Origin: Promethearchaeota archaeon
Lineage (GTDB): Archaea; Asgardarchaeota; Lokiarchaeia; Sigyniarchaeales; SOKP01
Length of the DNA stretch: 37,182 nucleotides
Direction: 5' to 3'
Assembly: GCA_048938855.1 (NCBI GenBank)
Contig: JBHLLT010000029.1
Location: 1-37,182 of the forward strand
The position numbers and the translations under genes were made by a program. The first letter of the stretch is position 1; the number at the start of each line of letters is the position of its first letter. A model generated the notes under the pieces. It made no database searches and was not told the DNA's origin. It saw only the letters and a list, made by a program, of their open reading frames with translations. Of the stretch, positions 36,316-37,182 are shown one piece after another.

Positions 36316-36693
36316 CTACAATTTAAATGTGAATGATTTCCCCGTTATTTCATTATATAGGTTAGTAAACAAATCAATTGTAAAGTTGAGTTCTTTAACC
36401 GTAGGTTCAACCCCACCATAGATTATATCTTCTATTTTTTTTATAAAGGGATACACATATTCTGGTTTTAATTTTTTTTCTAATTCATTTACACAAGCAA
36501 TAGCAAATTCACGAATTGTTTGATGAGCTCGTCGAGGTTTCTTAAATTTTATATTAATTAGATCATCATACACTAGATAAATATAAGCAATTGCTTCTTT
36601 GGGTCTATTTGTTTCAACAAGAATCTTCACATTATCAAACTTCTGCTTAATATTAATCTCTGGTTCTGGTTGTTTTTTTTTCTTTTTTGCCAT
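36316..36693 (-). CDS. Small DUF4129-like protein
   Basis: EAIAYIY...QTIREFA...IEDIIYG pattern; MoxR operon context. Confidence 0.65.
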   Translation of the reverse strand: MAKKKKKQPEPEINIKQKFDNVKILVETNRPKEAIAYIYLVYDDLINIKFKKPRRAHQTIREFAIACVNELEKKLKPEYVYPFIKKIEDIIYGGVEPTVKELNFTIDLFTNLYNEITGKSFTFKL

Positions 36694-36807
36694 TATTTTC
36701 TACCTATTTTTGTATTTTTTCGCATAATTTAATTATTAATTTATTTTGAATTTATAATTCTTTGTACTTATTTTAAAATTTTATAGTTGTTTTTTATTAT
36801 ATTTGTT

Positions 36808-37182
36808 TTAAATGTTTAAATTGAAATTATATCCTGTTAATTGGAAATAAATTGGTGAAAATAGTTCACATGTGTTATAAAATTCTTTTTCTGTAATTTT
36901 AAAGGGTTTTGCATATATTATTTCCTCAACTTTTTGAATAAATGGGTAAATTGATGATGGTGTTAATTTTAATTCTTTTACTGAAATAATCGCAAAATCT
37001 CGTATTGTCTCATTTTCTTTTCTTTTTCGATTGTATTTAGCATCAATTAAATCCATATAAATTGCATTAAATAAATATGATATAGATTCTTCTAATCTTC
37101 CTGAATCTTTAAGGATCTTGAGATTTTTAAATTTTGACTCAAGCGGTATATTAGCCACTCGAGATTCTTTTTCTTGTTTTTT
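36808..37182 (-). CDS. Probable C-terminal DUF4129-like domain of a gene extending beyond the window
   Basis: Frame open from the window end (KKQEKESR-VANIP...), so GTG at 37158 is probably internal; ETIRDFA...VEEIIYA pattern. Confidence 0.65.
   Translation of the reverse strand, partial: KKQEKESRVANIPLESKFKNLKILKDSGRLEESISYLFNAIYMDLIDAKYNRKRKENETIRDFAIISVKELKLTPSSIYPFIQKVEEIIYAKPFKITEKEFYNTCELFSPIYFQLTGYNFNLNI

Overview
AT-rich archaeal chromosomal segment, most likely from an Asgard archaeon of the Lokiarchaeia type. This is inferred from ribophorin I, Sec61beta, roadblock, longin-like and V4R/Bet3-like genes next to archaeal MetAP-II, CofD and HdrC. From left to right: (1) an oligopeptide-type ABC locus, truncated at the left edge; (2) a co-directional run of ribophorin I, long Trm112, tRNA-Gln, AglH/GPT, a large M48 protease and a UbiA-type phosphoribosyltransferase, divergent from sec61beta, a MazG-like gene and DUF354, with a GT4 glycosyltransferase; (3) map, a roadblock protein, an unknown ORF, a coupled pair of V4R/Bet3-like genes, thioredoxin, an orphan hdrC, bacterial-type tpiA, a longin-like protein and a bacterial/archaeal hybrid leuS; (4) an apparent five-gene cofactor operon: lipS2, lipoate ligase, lipS1, cofE-nitroreductase fusion, cofD; (5) a MoxR-DUF58-DUF4350-DUF4129-type operon running off the right edge. 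Signals absent from the ORF track include a tRNA-Gln(UUG) at 8218-8350 with two 30-nt introns at non-canonical sites and C33 instead of U33, a probable AUU start for the DUF58 gene, and a perfect 22-bp palindrome in a divergent promoter. No mobile elements, CRISPR arrays or rRNA were seen. All family calls come from motif recognition by eye, not database searches.
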